Below are positions 11,881-25,030 of a DNA stretch of 64,000 nt, piece by piece. The position numbers and the translations under genes are program-made. The stretch comes from Puccinia triticina. Its lineage: Eukaryota. Every line of letters starts with the position of its first letter. Position 1 is the first letter of the stretch. The stretch lies in the NCBI GenBank assembly GCA_026914245.1, contig CP110439.1, positions 8,246,001 through 8,310,000 on the forward strand, written 5' to 3'. The notes under the pieces are model-generated. The model did not search any database and had not been told where the DNA came from. It worked only from the letters and a program-made list of their open reading frames with translations.

Positions 11881-12635
11881 AACCGAGTAGGAAAAGGCCT
11901 GTTATGTTTCAGATGGCTTCTTAAGTTGTACGGTGAAACACACCCCCCCCTTTGCATGAGATATACTTTCCCACATGTTTTTGGATTTGTTTTCTTGTCT
12001 TCTCCCCCTCCGAGAATGAAAAGCACCCCCTTCTCCCGATCCAAACCTCTTTGTCCCTACGAGACTCCCATGATAGTGATGGACCTGTCCAAGGTCAAGG
12101 ACTTCTTGAGGAACGGGTCGGTAACTCGTGAACCGACCAAAGACGATCTCCATTTCTTAGGTGGCTATAAATGGAATACCCTCCTAAGCTACAACGCAGC
12201 GACTAGGAAGTTCTACAAGTATAAATCCGCAAAGGGAGAAGTCCCGTTGTGGTGCTCCATTGGCGTGACAATGCCAAAAGCACATTGCAGAGGTATTGAG
12301 ACAGCATAGATACAGCTATCATTCATTATAAGAGGAGGAAGTTATATATAATACAAGCAGTGTATGTGTTGATGGGAGGAATGGATTCATTACAGATACA
12401 GACAGATGGATGAGGGATAGTGTTAGCACGGACGGAACGGCAGACTAGGATCATGTAGGATGGACGGCGTGATCAGGGATGGAATGGAGGACCATGACTA
12501 GGTAGGATGGCAGGGAGGTGGAAGGATGTTATCAATAGAAGAGGTGGAAGGTATTGGGAGCACATGTCTCAACCAGGAATGGAAGGGAGGATGGTGTGGT
12601 GTATCAAGTAAGGCAGTGTTATAAGGGTATATTAC

Positions 12636-15600
12636 GGGGGGGTAGAATTTTACAATCCTTATTTTACAAGGCATAAGCCTTGTAAATTGCATCCATTGTA
12701 AAATTACCACAAGCCGGGAGGCATTTATAATTTTGCGCACCTACTCCCATATTTTCCACCATTGTGAAACAAGCATTGTAAAAGATACTTTGTAATTTTT
12801 TTGTGCAACGGACTGAAATTTAATTTCACAAGTGATTGTCTTACAAGGATCTCCCTTGTAAAAAATAAGCCTTGCAAAAAAGCTTGTGGGGCCAAAAAAC
12901 TTCAAATTCACAAGGGTTCACTTACAAGGGATACATTTTTGTCCTCCCAACAGTCGCAAAATTCTCACCAGGCAAAAGGAAATGAGAATTTTGCGAGCCA
13001 TATAAAATTTTGCAAGTGATAAATTGCAAAGCAGGAAACAAAAAACCCAAAAAGAAACCGCAGATGACCGCCCACCATCCCTCTCCCAAAACACACCAAA
13101 TATGAGTTTAGCAAACAAATCAAGCTTGCAACGCTTGCAAAGCTTTGCGGGTACTTGATCGTGAGCCCACACGTATGGGCTTCTGTTGTCGGTCGCTAGG
13201 TATCTTGACTTTGCACGAAGTCTTTTGCTCTTCAATCGTTGGCTTGATAGTCGTGCTTGCCTGCTTTCCTTTGATGAGACATTTCTTCTCTTCGATATTT
13301 GAATCTGCGATCATTGGTTGAGGATTATTAGTCTTCAAGACTTTCAATCGTATCCTGAACTCGCCCGATGCTTTCCGTTTAAGATCACCCGGCTTTTCCT
13401 CTCCAGAGGGGGCGCCAATTGTCGCTTGGGCTGCTCCAGATGGAGAGCTGCCAGCTTCTTGAAGTCGTGTGACCTTCTTAGGTCGCCACTTCTTTTTTTG
13501 AGCGGTGGCAACCTCCTTCGCATCCAAGAGTATTTTGGGTGCTTGCTTGTCTGATATCGCCGCGATATGTTGATCTTCAATTGGCAAATCGTCCCCATTA
13601 AGCGGAAAATTGACCTTCTTAGGTCGCCGGTTCTTTTTGGGAGCGGCGGCAACCTCCTTCCCATCCGATAGTATCAACTTGGGCCCTTGCTTGTCTGATA
13701 GAGCCGCGATTTGTTGATCTTCAATCGGCGAATGGTCCTGATTAAGCGTTGGGATGAGTTGACTAGGCGAATTGTTGAGAAGCATGCCCAGATGGGTAAA
13801 TGGCAACGATCCAGGCGCTCCCGGGTGGTCACGAGCGATGTTCGCAATGCTCTTGGAGACGAATTCGTCTTCGCTTGCGCTCCACGGTCGTGAGTAAAAC
13901 ACCCAGCTCGTGTTGGGTGTGCGTCCAGCGATCGTACTATGATCAGGACTGATCAGCCGAGCAATCCCACCGTTCTGGCGGTCGTCGTGCAGCCATACAC
14001 CCGAGATGCCGCCGACGTTCTTCAGCATTTTACACCAGTAATGCACCCCGTTCCAGAAGCCGCGGGAGATGAGGATGTATCGGACGCCGTGGAAATCCAA
14101 CTTGGCAGGGAAATCAAGTCCTGCCATAAACTCTAGCTGTTCGGCTTCATCAAAGATCGTTGACACTTGCACCAACAAGTATAAGTGTTGGGGTGGCCCC
14201 CCGCCCTCAACAGACAAGACAGATTTTTCAATGAGGTGGTGGGGTTCTTGTTTCTTCTTTGTAGGGCACACCTTGCAGACAAGGCCCGAAATCGACACAA
14301 TACCATCTGTTGACCACGCCGTTAAAAGAGTTTGGATCGAATGTGGATCTAAAGCAGCTGTTTCAAAAGTATCCCGTTGGATTCGGATAGCAGTTATGCC
14401 TCGGTTTCCACGGGGATGGGGCTGTTGGACCTGCATTCGACCTTCGCACGAAGCCATCCGGAGTTCGGTAAGTGTAAAGAGTTCTTGAGGAGGATAAACA
14501 CCTTTTGTGTTCTTCCTGATGGCAGGATCGATGAGCAAGTCGATGAAAAGATCGGTTGAGCAAAAGACACCGCGGTTAAAACTGCCTGGAGACATCTTGT
14601 TGGCAGCCGAATGTAGGGTGTTTTGCGCATTTGTAAGCAGGGACCGGATTTGACCAGTTTGAGTCAATTCCCATGTGCTCCTCGCGTTAAAATGCTTGAG
14701 GAGCGTGGTGAAGATGTCGTTCTTGAGGCCATTCGTCCCACGTAACCAGAGCGGATTGAACATAGCGTATAGGCTCTCGAGTGCGGCTGCCAACCAGCAG
14801 CGATTTTTCCTCGCCGAATCTTCTGATGCCGAGTACGATATGTAGGTTGTCATACAATCCTTGATTAAGTTGCGCGAACCAGGTGGCCGGCCTCCAGAAT
14901 TCTTCGGGAGCAAGGTGGCGGTGGTGTCCGGAGCCCGACCATCATTAGTCTCAGCTTTCTTCCGGTTCGCGGGATTTCGCTTTGGTGGTTTCTGCCAACC
15001 AACGGATAATGCGAGATCTTGCTGAGCTTTATTCTTCGCACCATATTCAATTGAAACACCCCTCATTACCGCTTGCCAGTCGTCTTCAAGAGTCTTTACA
15101 AAGGCGTAGAGCTGGGCCATGCCGACAATTAAGCACTTTTTCCCTTCGCTGTCACCAAAGGGTGGTCAGTAGCCGCTAAAATTAACTTGAATAACAAACA
15201 CAAGGAAGAAACCAACCTGATCATGTAATACAGTCTATGCATACTCTCCTGCGCGTTTGTGGTATCGGGAAGGTTGTCGTTGCCGTCTGCCGAGTTGGTG
15301 AGCATATGCCTTTTGGATGGGAAGAGAATTGCTTCGATGTCGACCATAGTCCACCAATCTAACCATCGCTTGGTCTTTGGGAAGAGCCGTCGGAGCTCAT
15401 CAATCTTCTGCTCATGGTTTGGCCCTCCTTCTTCGGGCAAAACCAAAAGGTCCAGGAAGAGCTTTTGAAACTGTGCCTGTGATTCCAATGCGATTTGTTA
15501 GGTCTGTTTCTCATTGTGATGCAAAAAGAGATTAAGGGACATCACCTCTTGCTCAGGTGGGACAACGGCCCGGTTTCGTTTCACCCGCGTGACTTGAGCT

Positions 15601-17606
15601 CGAAAATTCTCATGGCATCCCTTCAACTTGGCAAGGGCCTGTTGACGGTCAGTGACACCAAAAACCTTCATATAAGCCATTACGAAACCCTCCCTCTGAG
15701 CCAGAGAGAAATCGACCACTTGGCGGACAAGGGTCTCGCGATCCGTGACTGTGAAAGACGGCTGAATAAACTGTTCGAAGAGTGTTGTGAAGTGCGCCTG
15801 GTAGTATTCGGCGCCAAGCCCTCGAATCCAGGAAAGTTGGACGGGTATCCAACGCGTGGTCTCCTCACAGAACATCGATGTAGATAGCAAATAACCTGTC
15901 TCAAAAAGCTTGTATGTCACATCAGACAAGAGCCCCCCGCTGTATACCTCGTTGTTATGATTGCGGGTGACCAATCGTTCCGCCATCCACTTGGTTTGAA
16001 ACGTAAAGTGTTCCATGCCTGGTTTGAACGATACCGATATGATCATGAGGCCCACACTAGCACGCAAGCGTCAGCTGTGTTTTTGCTTTCCAAAATGAAT
16101 TATCAAAATGAATAGGGACTTACTAGTTCCATTGGAACATGTCATGTAAGAACTTATCCCCAAGCCCAACGCCACCCTTGTCTGGGTTGATTCCAAGCTC
16201 GATGAGGATGCGCCGCCGATGATATCGCAGCCTGTCACTATTCACGAAAGACTCATGGATCTGGGTCACGCTTTCAAACGGGTTCAGAGGTGCGGTGGGC
16301 TTCCCTAACTATAAGAAACAAGAAGAATCTATCCATCAGATAATTGAACCGTTTGAAAGGTAAAGGGAAGCACTTACTTTGAGCTTGAAAGCACCCGCCG
16401 CTGGGTTCTTCATCACTTCGTTTTTTAGCTTCAGCTTTGACAGGGGGTCCGGCTTTTTCGGAGCTGGCCATGGGTGCTTATGGGTGCCATGGTGCCGGAG
16501 AATCGCCCATCCAGTTAGCTTGTTCTCATCAAATCTGATCAGAGTGTTCTTGCAGGCTTGATGTCCAACCTTCCCCGGGCATTTCCCGGCGGAGCCTGGG
16601 CATTTTGGATCACTAATAGTCGGGTTTCACCTCGTCAGCACTGAAAAAAATTGAGGTACAATATAAGATGAAGAAAAATCCACTGACGAGTTCAAGTATT
16701 CGGCAATCCCACCCTTGGCGGTTGGTGGAGACCCCACCCATTGGCAACCGGGCTGATTACAGATCAAAGCCCCCAGACAGTACATCCGCACTCCTTTCCA
16801 GGATTTATCGGCTCGCCAATCGACACTGGTTGTCCTGGGGAATCCGACAAATCCAAAGTTGTGGACTGTCATATCGGGAGTTTTGACAAATATGGTCTTG
16901 CCATTTGGATATAATGGGTATCCTTCATCGTCAAGCCGGCAGTTATGGTCGATGAACGTCTCTTCGTTTCCAGAAGGGGCAAAGAATATTTTCCTTCCGT
17001 TTATGGGCTTGTCATCGGGGTCTTTGGAAGAGGGGGGCTGGGAGAAATCATTGCAATCAACGCTGCCGTCTGACATGTGCCAAGTAATTTCCGATAAAGA
17101 AAGTTTTGCGTATCAAAATAAAGTGATTTTGATGAGTAAACCAGCAGGGAAGAATGGGCCAATCGGCGAAACAGAGGAGCTGAGGGGGGAAAAAGAGAAG
17201 GTGGAAGGACATACATAGAAATGGTTGGAAATCCAACGTGATCGAGGCATTGAGGCGTGTAAAATTCCTGTTCCATTGCAAGTTCCAATACTTTTCCGGG
17301 CGAATACTGGCGTGTAAAACAAGGCTTGTAACCTGTACGCCGTATAAATACATTTCTGTGTCCCGATCATGAAATTCCAAAGGTGGTGTCACAAGGTTTG
17401 TGAAACATGCAGTGGAAAATTATGTAAAAGCTCTGTACGTAGTATATTTACATAGTATGTATTACAAGACATAATTTACAAGGGCCGAGACAAGTCCGAA
17501 AGGGGCGGAAAACTATGTATTACTCCATACGTCCCATAAATTCCCAACCCATCGCGTTCACAAGGCTTATGCCTTGTAAAATAAGTTTTGTAAAACTCAC
17601 GCACCC
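12636..17606 (-). mobile_element. Mutator-like (MULE) DNA transposon
   Basis: Imperfect TIRs sharing TTTTACAA..CTTATTTTACAAGGCATAAGCCTTGT; TSD (G)GTATATTA(C), 8-10 bp depending on end assignment; empty site visible in LTR copy 2 near 24745. Confidence 0.88.
13120..17076 (-). CDS. Multi-exon MULE transposase: GCM-like Zn DNA-binding domain, DDE core, C-terminal USP/C19-like protease domain
   Basis: CLGALICNQPGC...C...C...GTHKHPWP; SDVTY, VDFS, GCHEN, TTNAQESMH; NRCWLAAALESL, GVHYW, WLHDD; ORF pieces separated by short GT-AG introns. Confidence 0.78.
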
Positions 17607-20224
17607 GGTATATTACTTGTGTAAGGGTATATTATCTTTATAAGGGTGGTATATTACTTTATAAGGGTCTAGGATTCAGTATGATGGGATATGGATGTAA
17701 GTATTAATTAGGGAGGAGGAAGAAGGAAGGATGGAGCAAGGTGGGAGGAGAGGCTTTGACCCCCAATATTCTGGATGGAAGAAGGCAACAGCTGGACATG
17801 CAGGCATATGGTAGGTTACAGAAGGTTGTTTGGGTCACCTAGCAACACATGATATCATGCAGTGCAGCATATGCAGGCAGATAAGGTGTTCAAGGAGCCT
17901 GCCTGCAGAATCAATTACATCATTCTTTGGCAGGCAGTGCAACACATGCATATATTGCTGTGCAACTGATATCCCCTCCTGCAGAATCCATTACCTAATT
18001 GTTTGGCAGGCAGTGCAACACATGCATATCTTGCTGTGCAACTGATATCCCCTGCAGAAAATAGCCCTCACAAGGAGTTCCCCTGGAGCTAAATTCCCTC
18101 ACCCTTCAATATATAAGGAGGCCTCTTTCCCCCCCTCATCAGATCTTTTCCCAATCAGCCTACAGAGGTTTGGTCACAGTGGTTAGTTTAGTTACAGTGG
18201 TAGTTTAGTGGTATTTTAGTGGTAGTGGTAGTGGTAGTGGTAGTGTTAAGTTTGAGTCAGTAGTAGTAGTAGTAGTCAGGAGCTCTAGTAGTAATTAAAG
18301 TGCCTTATCAAGAGATTGTTAAGGAAGAGATTATTACCAACTTCATCAACAACAATTATAACAAGTAGTAGTAGTGTAGTAGCAACCAGGAGCTCTAGTA
18401 TTGATTAAAGTGCCTTATCAAGAGATTGCTTAAGGAAGAGATCATTACCAACCTTCTCATCAACAACCCAACATCAACAACAATTGTATTTTACATAATT
18501 GATCCCACTGGATTACATTATCCCTCCAGCATCAGAAGTTGTAACAGATCTGCAAGAATAGTGATTTGAGGAATCTAGGTCTGATAGAGATTACTATACA
18601 AAAGTAAGATCTATCTTGGAATCAGCCACATCTTTATAAATATTGATTACAAGACTCTTAGTTATTTGCATAGTACCATTAGAGGGGCAGGTCTTTCAAA
18701 CCACCCGTAAGTTGTAATAGCCTTTCAACCTATTAGCAATTTATTTCCCCCTCAGAGGATATTTTCACCAAATAAACATTTAGTGTCCCACAAGAGTCCC
18801 TACACCGTTCACCCTCCCCGTGAAGGCGACTGATCTCTACGGCTTCTGCTGTTGGGCTGGCCGAATATCCGGCAAGCCGACTCCCCACAACGTTTCCTCC
18901 GGGACCCTGACCAAATACCTCTACGGGATCCAGGCCTGGCACCTGTTGCATTCAGTCAGTTATCCAACCGAAGCAAAGGCAAAAGTAACAGTCCTCCTGA
19001 GATCATCCGCTCACGCGGACGCCGAGACACCCGGGAAACCTCCTAAATCGCCGGTCATGGTTAGACACCTAATTATACTCGTCGAAGAACTTCGCGGGAA
19101 GGACAAGTTAAGCTTGGCAGTCTTAGACTTGGCGATCGTGGCATTCTGGGGGATGGCTCGGCTGTCGGAACTCACCTATGATAAACCCGGGGGGACATTG
19201 AGACAGTCAGCCTCGCTGCTCAGCTCCGACGTCCACTTCTATCAGACGACGGTCGGAACCTCAGCAGCATTAACCATCAGAGGAGCAAAGACCTCAGCAC
19301 CCGGTCTAGCACAAACAATCCACGTCCAAGGCCAAGCCCACCTCCTATGCCCGGTCGCTGCAATTCAGAGGCGGGTAAAAGAAGCCGGTCCAGACACCAC
19401 CTCTCTCTTCGGTTTCCACACGCCGTCTGGAAGGATCCACCTGACAAAGCCTGTTGTCTGCAAGGTACTCAAGACGGTCTGGAAATCACGGGGATGTACC
19501 GGTTTAACAGGTCATTCGTTCCGGGTAGGAGGTGCATCCCTCCGCTACGCGGTAGGCGTTCCAACATCAGAAATATGCTTGCTAGGAAGGTGGATCTCCG
19601 ATTGCTACAAGCTCTACTTGAGAGAGTACACCAATCAGGATAGGCAGCAAACCCTAAAACTACTAGCCGACCTAGAATACTCCTGGAAGCGGGTCACCTC
19701 CTTATAAGCAATCTAAATGACTAGAAATCAATGCTAGTCGCTTAAGCAAGACAACTAGAGGGGAACCTCCAAACCGGAGAATAGAGATTAAGCAGCGGTG
19801 CAGGGCTCGAGACTTACCAGTCTTGAGATGAGGGTCTTGCACCGACCCTAACACACTCTGGTGTGCGCTTCTTCTCTGGGGGCGCTACTGTGCGCTCTGG
19901 CTCTCAGCGCCATGGCGGAGTGAGATGCAGCCAAACCTTCGGGGTGGCACTACAGCATCTCCTCCTGGGTGCTAACCTACTATTAGGCCACGCACCTGGC
20001 ACTTGTCCCCCCCCTCGACCCACACGCGGCGGCCTTGGGGAGTCAGCCTTGGAAGGCATGGCTCCCGGGGTCGCCTAGGTGACTTTAGTCACCGAACTCG
20101 TCTTGAAGCGCCACTAATGGCGGACACGTGATTTCCCAGCGCCGCAGTGGAATGTCAACGGCTCCACCCGCGTCGCGCTCATCCCGCGCTACCTTCCCCA
20201 GTCACTCGTGATAAGGTGATTGGA

Positions 20225-20559
20225 TAGGTGATATAATCACTGATTAATTCAATAAAAAATACAAAATTCAACATAAAGCCTCCAAATTTTTTTTGTAGGC
20301 AACCTACAGTGCTGGTCTCTTTAACTTTGAAATCAGATTCAACTGATTCAGTCATCTTCAGCACCATAATACCATTATATCACTTTTGACCAATATGAAG
20401 CAATATAATGGTGTTATGGTGCTGAAGATGGCTGGATAAGTTGATTCTGGGTTCACAGTTGAAGAGACCAGCACTTTAGGTTTCCTACAAAAAAAGTTTG
20501 GAGGCTTTATGTTGAATTTTGTATTTTTTATTGAATTAATCAGCAATTATATCACCTAT
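20225..20559. mobile_element. Fold-back MITE (near-complete palindrome)
   Basis: Arms of ~150 bp: TAGGTGATATAAT...AAAGCCTCCAAA vs TTTGGAGGCTTT...ATTATATCACCTA. Confidence 0.85.
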
Positions 20560-20654
20560 ATTTATATTGGTGCCAAACGGGGCCTAAATTTTGAGGTAAG
20601 GCCGGGTTTGTGGGCAAGAGCCATCCTAAGCTATTCCAAGTGGGCAAACACATC

Positions 20655-20816
20655 TATGGTATTCAAAATTGCATAAGATTTTTTTACATAAAATCATAAA
20701 CTGCATTTTTGGCTGGGAGATGTCACTTTAAGTTTTATGCACGCTGACATCTCCCGGCCAAAATTGGTTTTATGATTTTATGTAAATAGTGACATATGCA
20801 ATTTTGAATACCATAA
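20655..20816. mobile_element. Small palindromic MITE, second copy at ~32059-32205
   Basis: TIR TATGGTATTCAAAATTGCATA; internal palindrome GGGAGATGTCA...TGACATCTCCC. Confidence 0.85.
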
Positions 20817-21043
20817 TCCATTATGGGGGTTCACAATTGAAATTTACAGAAATTTAGGACACAACTTAGGGCCTGTACCATAGCGCGCGCGGGCCCGCTG
20901 TTTTCTTTTTTTCTTGGTGAAAACCGTTTTTGACCAAAAACGCGCACACTACCAGGGGGGCTGATTTCAGATCAAATCAAGAAAATGATTACTTACATTT
21001 CAAGCCTGTTTTTGGAAACACCCCCCCCTGTTTCTGGAAACAA

Positions 21044-21252
21044 GGGCCTGTACCATGGGCCTCAATTTTGAAAAATTTCAACTTTTTTTGCCCTGTACAC
21101 AAAAATTGAAAACTAGCAGAGGGTTCAAATGTTGAAATTCTTCACATTTGGGCTCCAGCCTACATTTTGGCCAGGCTCAGTTTTTGTCCCAAGAAACTTT
21201 GAGGCAAATAAATTTGGAAAATTTCAATTTTCATGCCCTATGGTACAGGCCC
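21044..21252. mobile_element. Tourist-like MITE nested in the Harbinger element
   Basis: TIR GGGCCTGTACCAT; 3-bp TSD CAA. Confidence 0.8.
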
Positions 21253-21379
21253 CAAATCCTGCTATCACCACCCACTTCACCCAGGTCCAGCATGCCCACT
21301 CAACAAAGTCCACCAATTGATCCCAGGCTGTTCAACCTTTTCACTCCCAGCTCATTTCAATCATTCCAATGACTCACTG

Positions 21380-22270
21380 TAAGGATGGTGTTTGGGACCC
21401 GGGTACCCGTCGCGGGTCCGGGTACCGGTTGAATTTTTGACCAAAAGATGGCACCTGGCACCGCACCCGGCATCGCCTGGGCGGGTACGGGCGGGTACCG
21501 GCGGTACCGGAGGCGGTATACCCGTAATACTTGCTCTCCAAAACATCCCAAAGCCCAGTGTGCCGAGAGGAATACATACCTCTCGGCAAGCTGGACTTTG
21601 ACCAGCTCGCCGAGAGGTAAGTATTCCTTTTGGCAAGCTGGACTTTGACCAGCTCTCCGAGAGGAATACATACCTCTCGGCAAGCTGGACTTGACCAGCT
21701 CGCCAAGAGGTAAGTATTCCTTGCAGCAAGCTGGATTTTGACCAGTTTGCCAAAAGGAATACTTGCCTCTTGGTTAGCTGAATTTTCACACCAGCTCGCT
21801 GAGGGTAAGTTTCCCAGAGAGCTGGTCATGGCCCAGCTCACCAAGGGATGTATTCCTCTTGGAGAGCTGGTCCAAGTCCAGCGCGTCTCGGCACTGCAGC
21901 AATTGACCGCTTGGACGAGAATGTCCAAGCAGTTCTTGGACAGACTTCGTCCGATGAGTTGCACAATGTTTGAGCCTGGGCTGCCGGGCTCGTTGGACAA
22001 AGTTTGTCCGACTACTTGTTGGACAACTTTGTCCGACTACTTGTTGGACAACTTTGTCCGCGCGGATAGCTGATGCAGTGTGGCAATCTGGTAATAGGTG
22101 GCTTAGGGCGGGTGCGAGCAGGCGGTACCCGGGTACTGCACCGCTTCTCCAGCCAGAACCACATACCTGGTACCGCACCCGGCACCGCTTGGCGGGTACC
22201 CCACAGGCACCTGCCGCACCCGCCAGGTGGTACCAGGTACCCTAAGACGGGTACCCAAACGCCATCTCTA
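21380..22270. mobile_element. Non-autonomous hAT element with internal tandem repeats
   Basis: 8-bp TSD ACTCACTG; TA..GATGG termini; GGTACC-rich subterminal repeats like the hAT at 32445; ~46-bp repeats at 21560-21780. Confidence 0.85.
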
Positions 22271-23379
22271 ACTCACTGCCTCCGCCACTCAACCTTTTGG
22301 ATGACTCTCTTTATCCTTGGCTTCTACAGTCACCCAGTCACTTCAGCCTTGCAGCCAATCATTCTCACAACCGCATTTGCACCTCCGATGTCATCCATCA
22401 GCAAACTTGCAGCCTTAGTCCTCAGTCAAACACTCTGTGCCCTCTCCTTGGGTCTTCAGACCACCCTCATTTTGTATTCTGCTATTACTTCAAAAATACA
22501 TACAAGAAATCTTCCCAATCACCAAACTCCAAACCAAACAGATGTGACCCCAATCTTGGGCAGCAATCTTGCTGATCTCAAAACTCTGATGACCTTCAAG
22601 CGGCGAGATTGCTGAGCTCAGAGATATGATGCTGATGAGCTCAAAGGAGCAATATTGGTGAGCTCAAAGCAGTAATATTTCTGACCTTGGAGCAGCAATA
22701 TCATGCAGCAACAATCTTGGTGAGCATGGAGCAGCAATCTCACTGAGCCCATGGGATTAAAAATAAATAAATAAAACAGCAGACAGAAATTCACAGCTTT
22801 TTGGTGCATTGAGTTATTGTACTGTACAATATTGAGGAACATGAGAAATTTCTCTTCAACGGTCACCAATCTGCCATTGCCAAGAAGTCCAGTGTCTCGG
22901 AATTCAGAAACCAACTTGTCAAACGTGCCTCTCTCCAGTCCGGTAATCTCGCCAAAGAGTTTGGGTCGTGCCACTTCCAACAAGAATTGGACGTATTTAG
23001 CCTTCCCACCGTCACCGTAATAAGGGTTCCCGTCACTGTAATAACAATCCATGACTATGATTGTAGCAGCAGCAGCTGCTGCTGAGATCAATGGAAATAC
23101 TTCTGATACCGCGAACAACATAGTGAAGAGTACTCGGATTGTTTGGGTGATGTGGTGATGACATGTTTGTGTTCAGGTGGTTGGAGAGTGAGGTGAGGTG
23201 AGGTTACAGACCTTGGCAAGGAGTGTATTGCGGTACGCGAGTTTGGAAAAAGTGTTTCTGACACCCGTTTTTGAAAAAGCACAAAAAAAAAAAAAACAGA
23301 TCAAAATCAATTTTGAAAATTGGGCCAGCTGTGGCACAGGCCCTTAAGGTGTTTATGGACATTTTTACTTTGTGCACGG

Positions 23380-24300
23380 GAATCTCTGTCAACTTGACAT
23401 TGTCCGGCGTCAACCTATCCTCTGTTTGCGCCACAGGCTGCCCCCCAAAAACACTCTGCACACGGGGTCCCCTGTGGCAATAATCAACGGCCAGTGACCA
23501 GTAGACTGGCCATTGGGAGGAATCAGACCTCTCAATTGCCGGTACAGACCTTTCATCAACTGTACCGGCCATTGAGAAGAATCAATACTCTTGATGACTG
23601 GGATAGACCGGTCATCAAGAGGAATCAACCCTCCCAATGCCTGGCCATCGGAAGGGTTGAATCATCTCAATGACTGGAACATTCAACAGACCGGTCATCA
23701 AGAGGAACCAACCCTCCTAAAGAGGAAAAAGCCCCCTTTCTGGCCAGTACATGTTGGTCATTTAGAGGACACGGTCCTCTTGATGAACAGTATGGCCCGT
23801 TAATTAAGAGGACACAGTCCTCTCAATGACAAGTACAGACCAACCATTGGGAGGAATTAGTCCTCTTGATGGCCAATAAAGACTGGTCATTAAGAGGAAT
23901 AAATCCTTTTGATGAACAGTAAAGACTGGTCATCAAGAGGAAACCCTCTCAATGAACAGTAAAGATTGGTCATCAAGAGGAAACCCTCTCAATGACCACT
24001 ACAGACTGGTCATCAAGAGGAAACCCTCTCAATGACCAGTAAAGACCATTGGAAGGAATTGGCCCGCTTGATGACCAATACAGACCGGTCATTGAGAGGA
24101 ATCAATCCTCTTGCTGACCGGAATATATAGACTGGCATCCAGCGGAGTTTGAATCACACAAGAAATCAGCCCTCCTGATGACTGGTAAAGACCGGTGATT
24201 GGGAGGGTTGATTTCTCTTGATGAGCGGTGTCAGAATAAAGGCTGGTATGTTGGTCAAAATGTCCGCTAACCGCCCTCTTCAAGAATATAGGTGTGTCCG
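23380..24300. repeat. Dispersed repeat with degenerate GAC(C/T)GGTCATCAAGAGG arrays
   Basis: Related segments at 32340-32430, 36660-36810 (inverted) and 41970-42600. Confidence 0.65.
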
Positions 24301-25030
24301 GTGTGGTGCTCCATTGGTGTGACAATGCCAAAAGCAAATTGCAGAGGTATTGGGACAGAATAGATGCAGCTATCATTCATTATAAGAGGAGTAAGTTATA
24401 TATAATACAAGCAGTGTATGTGTACATGGGAGGGATGGAGTCATTACAGACGGATGGATGATGGATGGTTTTATCACGGATGGAACAGCAGACTAGGATT
24501 ATGTAGGATGGACGGCGTGATCAGGGATGGAATGGAGGACCATGACTAGGTAGGATGGCAGGGATGTGGAGGGATGTTATCAATAGAAGAGGTGGAAGGT
24601 ATTGGGAGCACATGTCCCAACCAGGAATGGAAGGGAGGATGGTGTGGTGTATCAATAGAAGAGGTGGAAGGTATTGGGAGCACATGTCTCAACCAGGAAT
24701 GGAAGGGAGGATGGTGTGGTGTATCAAGTAAGGCAGTGTTATAAGGTTATATTACTTGTATAAGGTTATCTTATGTTTATAAGGGTGATATATTACTTAA
24801 TAAGGCCCAAAGGTCTAGGATTCAGTATGATGGGATATGGATAGAAGTATTAATTAGGTGAGGAGGAAGAAGGAAGGAAGGAGCAAGGTGGGAGGAGAGG
24901 CTTTGACCCCCAATATTGTGGATGGAAGAAGGAAACAGCTGGACATGCAGGCATATGGTAGGTTGCAGAAGGTTGTTTGGGTCACCTAGCAACACATGAT
25001 ATCATGCAGTGCAGCATATGCAGGCAGATA

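Larger units (their letters stand above)
12248..18804 (+). mobile_element. Solo LTR family A, copy 1 (~1.57 kb without nested Mutator element)
   Basis: TGTGGTGCTCC...CCCTACA; TSD CCGT (12244-12247, 18805-18808); second copy at 24302-29231; TATA-like TATAAG near 18110. Confidence 0.9.
12077..19707 (+). pseudogene. Tyrosine recombinase split by solo-LTR insertion (parts 12077-12247 and 18809-19707)
   Basis: Removing the insertion and one CCGT restores KGEVPFTLPVKATD; motifs MARLSE, AKT, GHSFRVGG, GRW, YKLY. Confidence 0.92.
9155..20218 (+). mobile_element. Tyrosine-recombinase retrotransposon (DIRS/Ngaro type), interrupted by Gypsy on the left and a solo LTR at 12248-18804; right boundary approximate
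   Basis: ORF1, RT-RNase H and YR ORFs in series on one strand. Confidence 0.85.
20869..23343 (-). mobile_element. Defective PIF/Harbinger element with transposase N-terminal fragment (22780-23060)
   Basis: TIR GGGCCTGT(A/G)CCA; TSD TTA (20866-68, 23344-46); peptide LFGEITGLERGTFDKLV...VTVEEKFLMFL resembles Harbinger transposase N-terminus. Confidence 0.8.
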
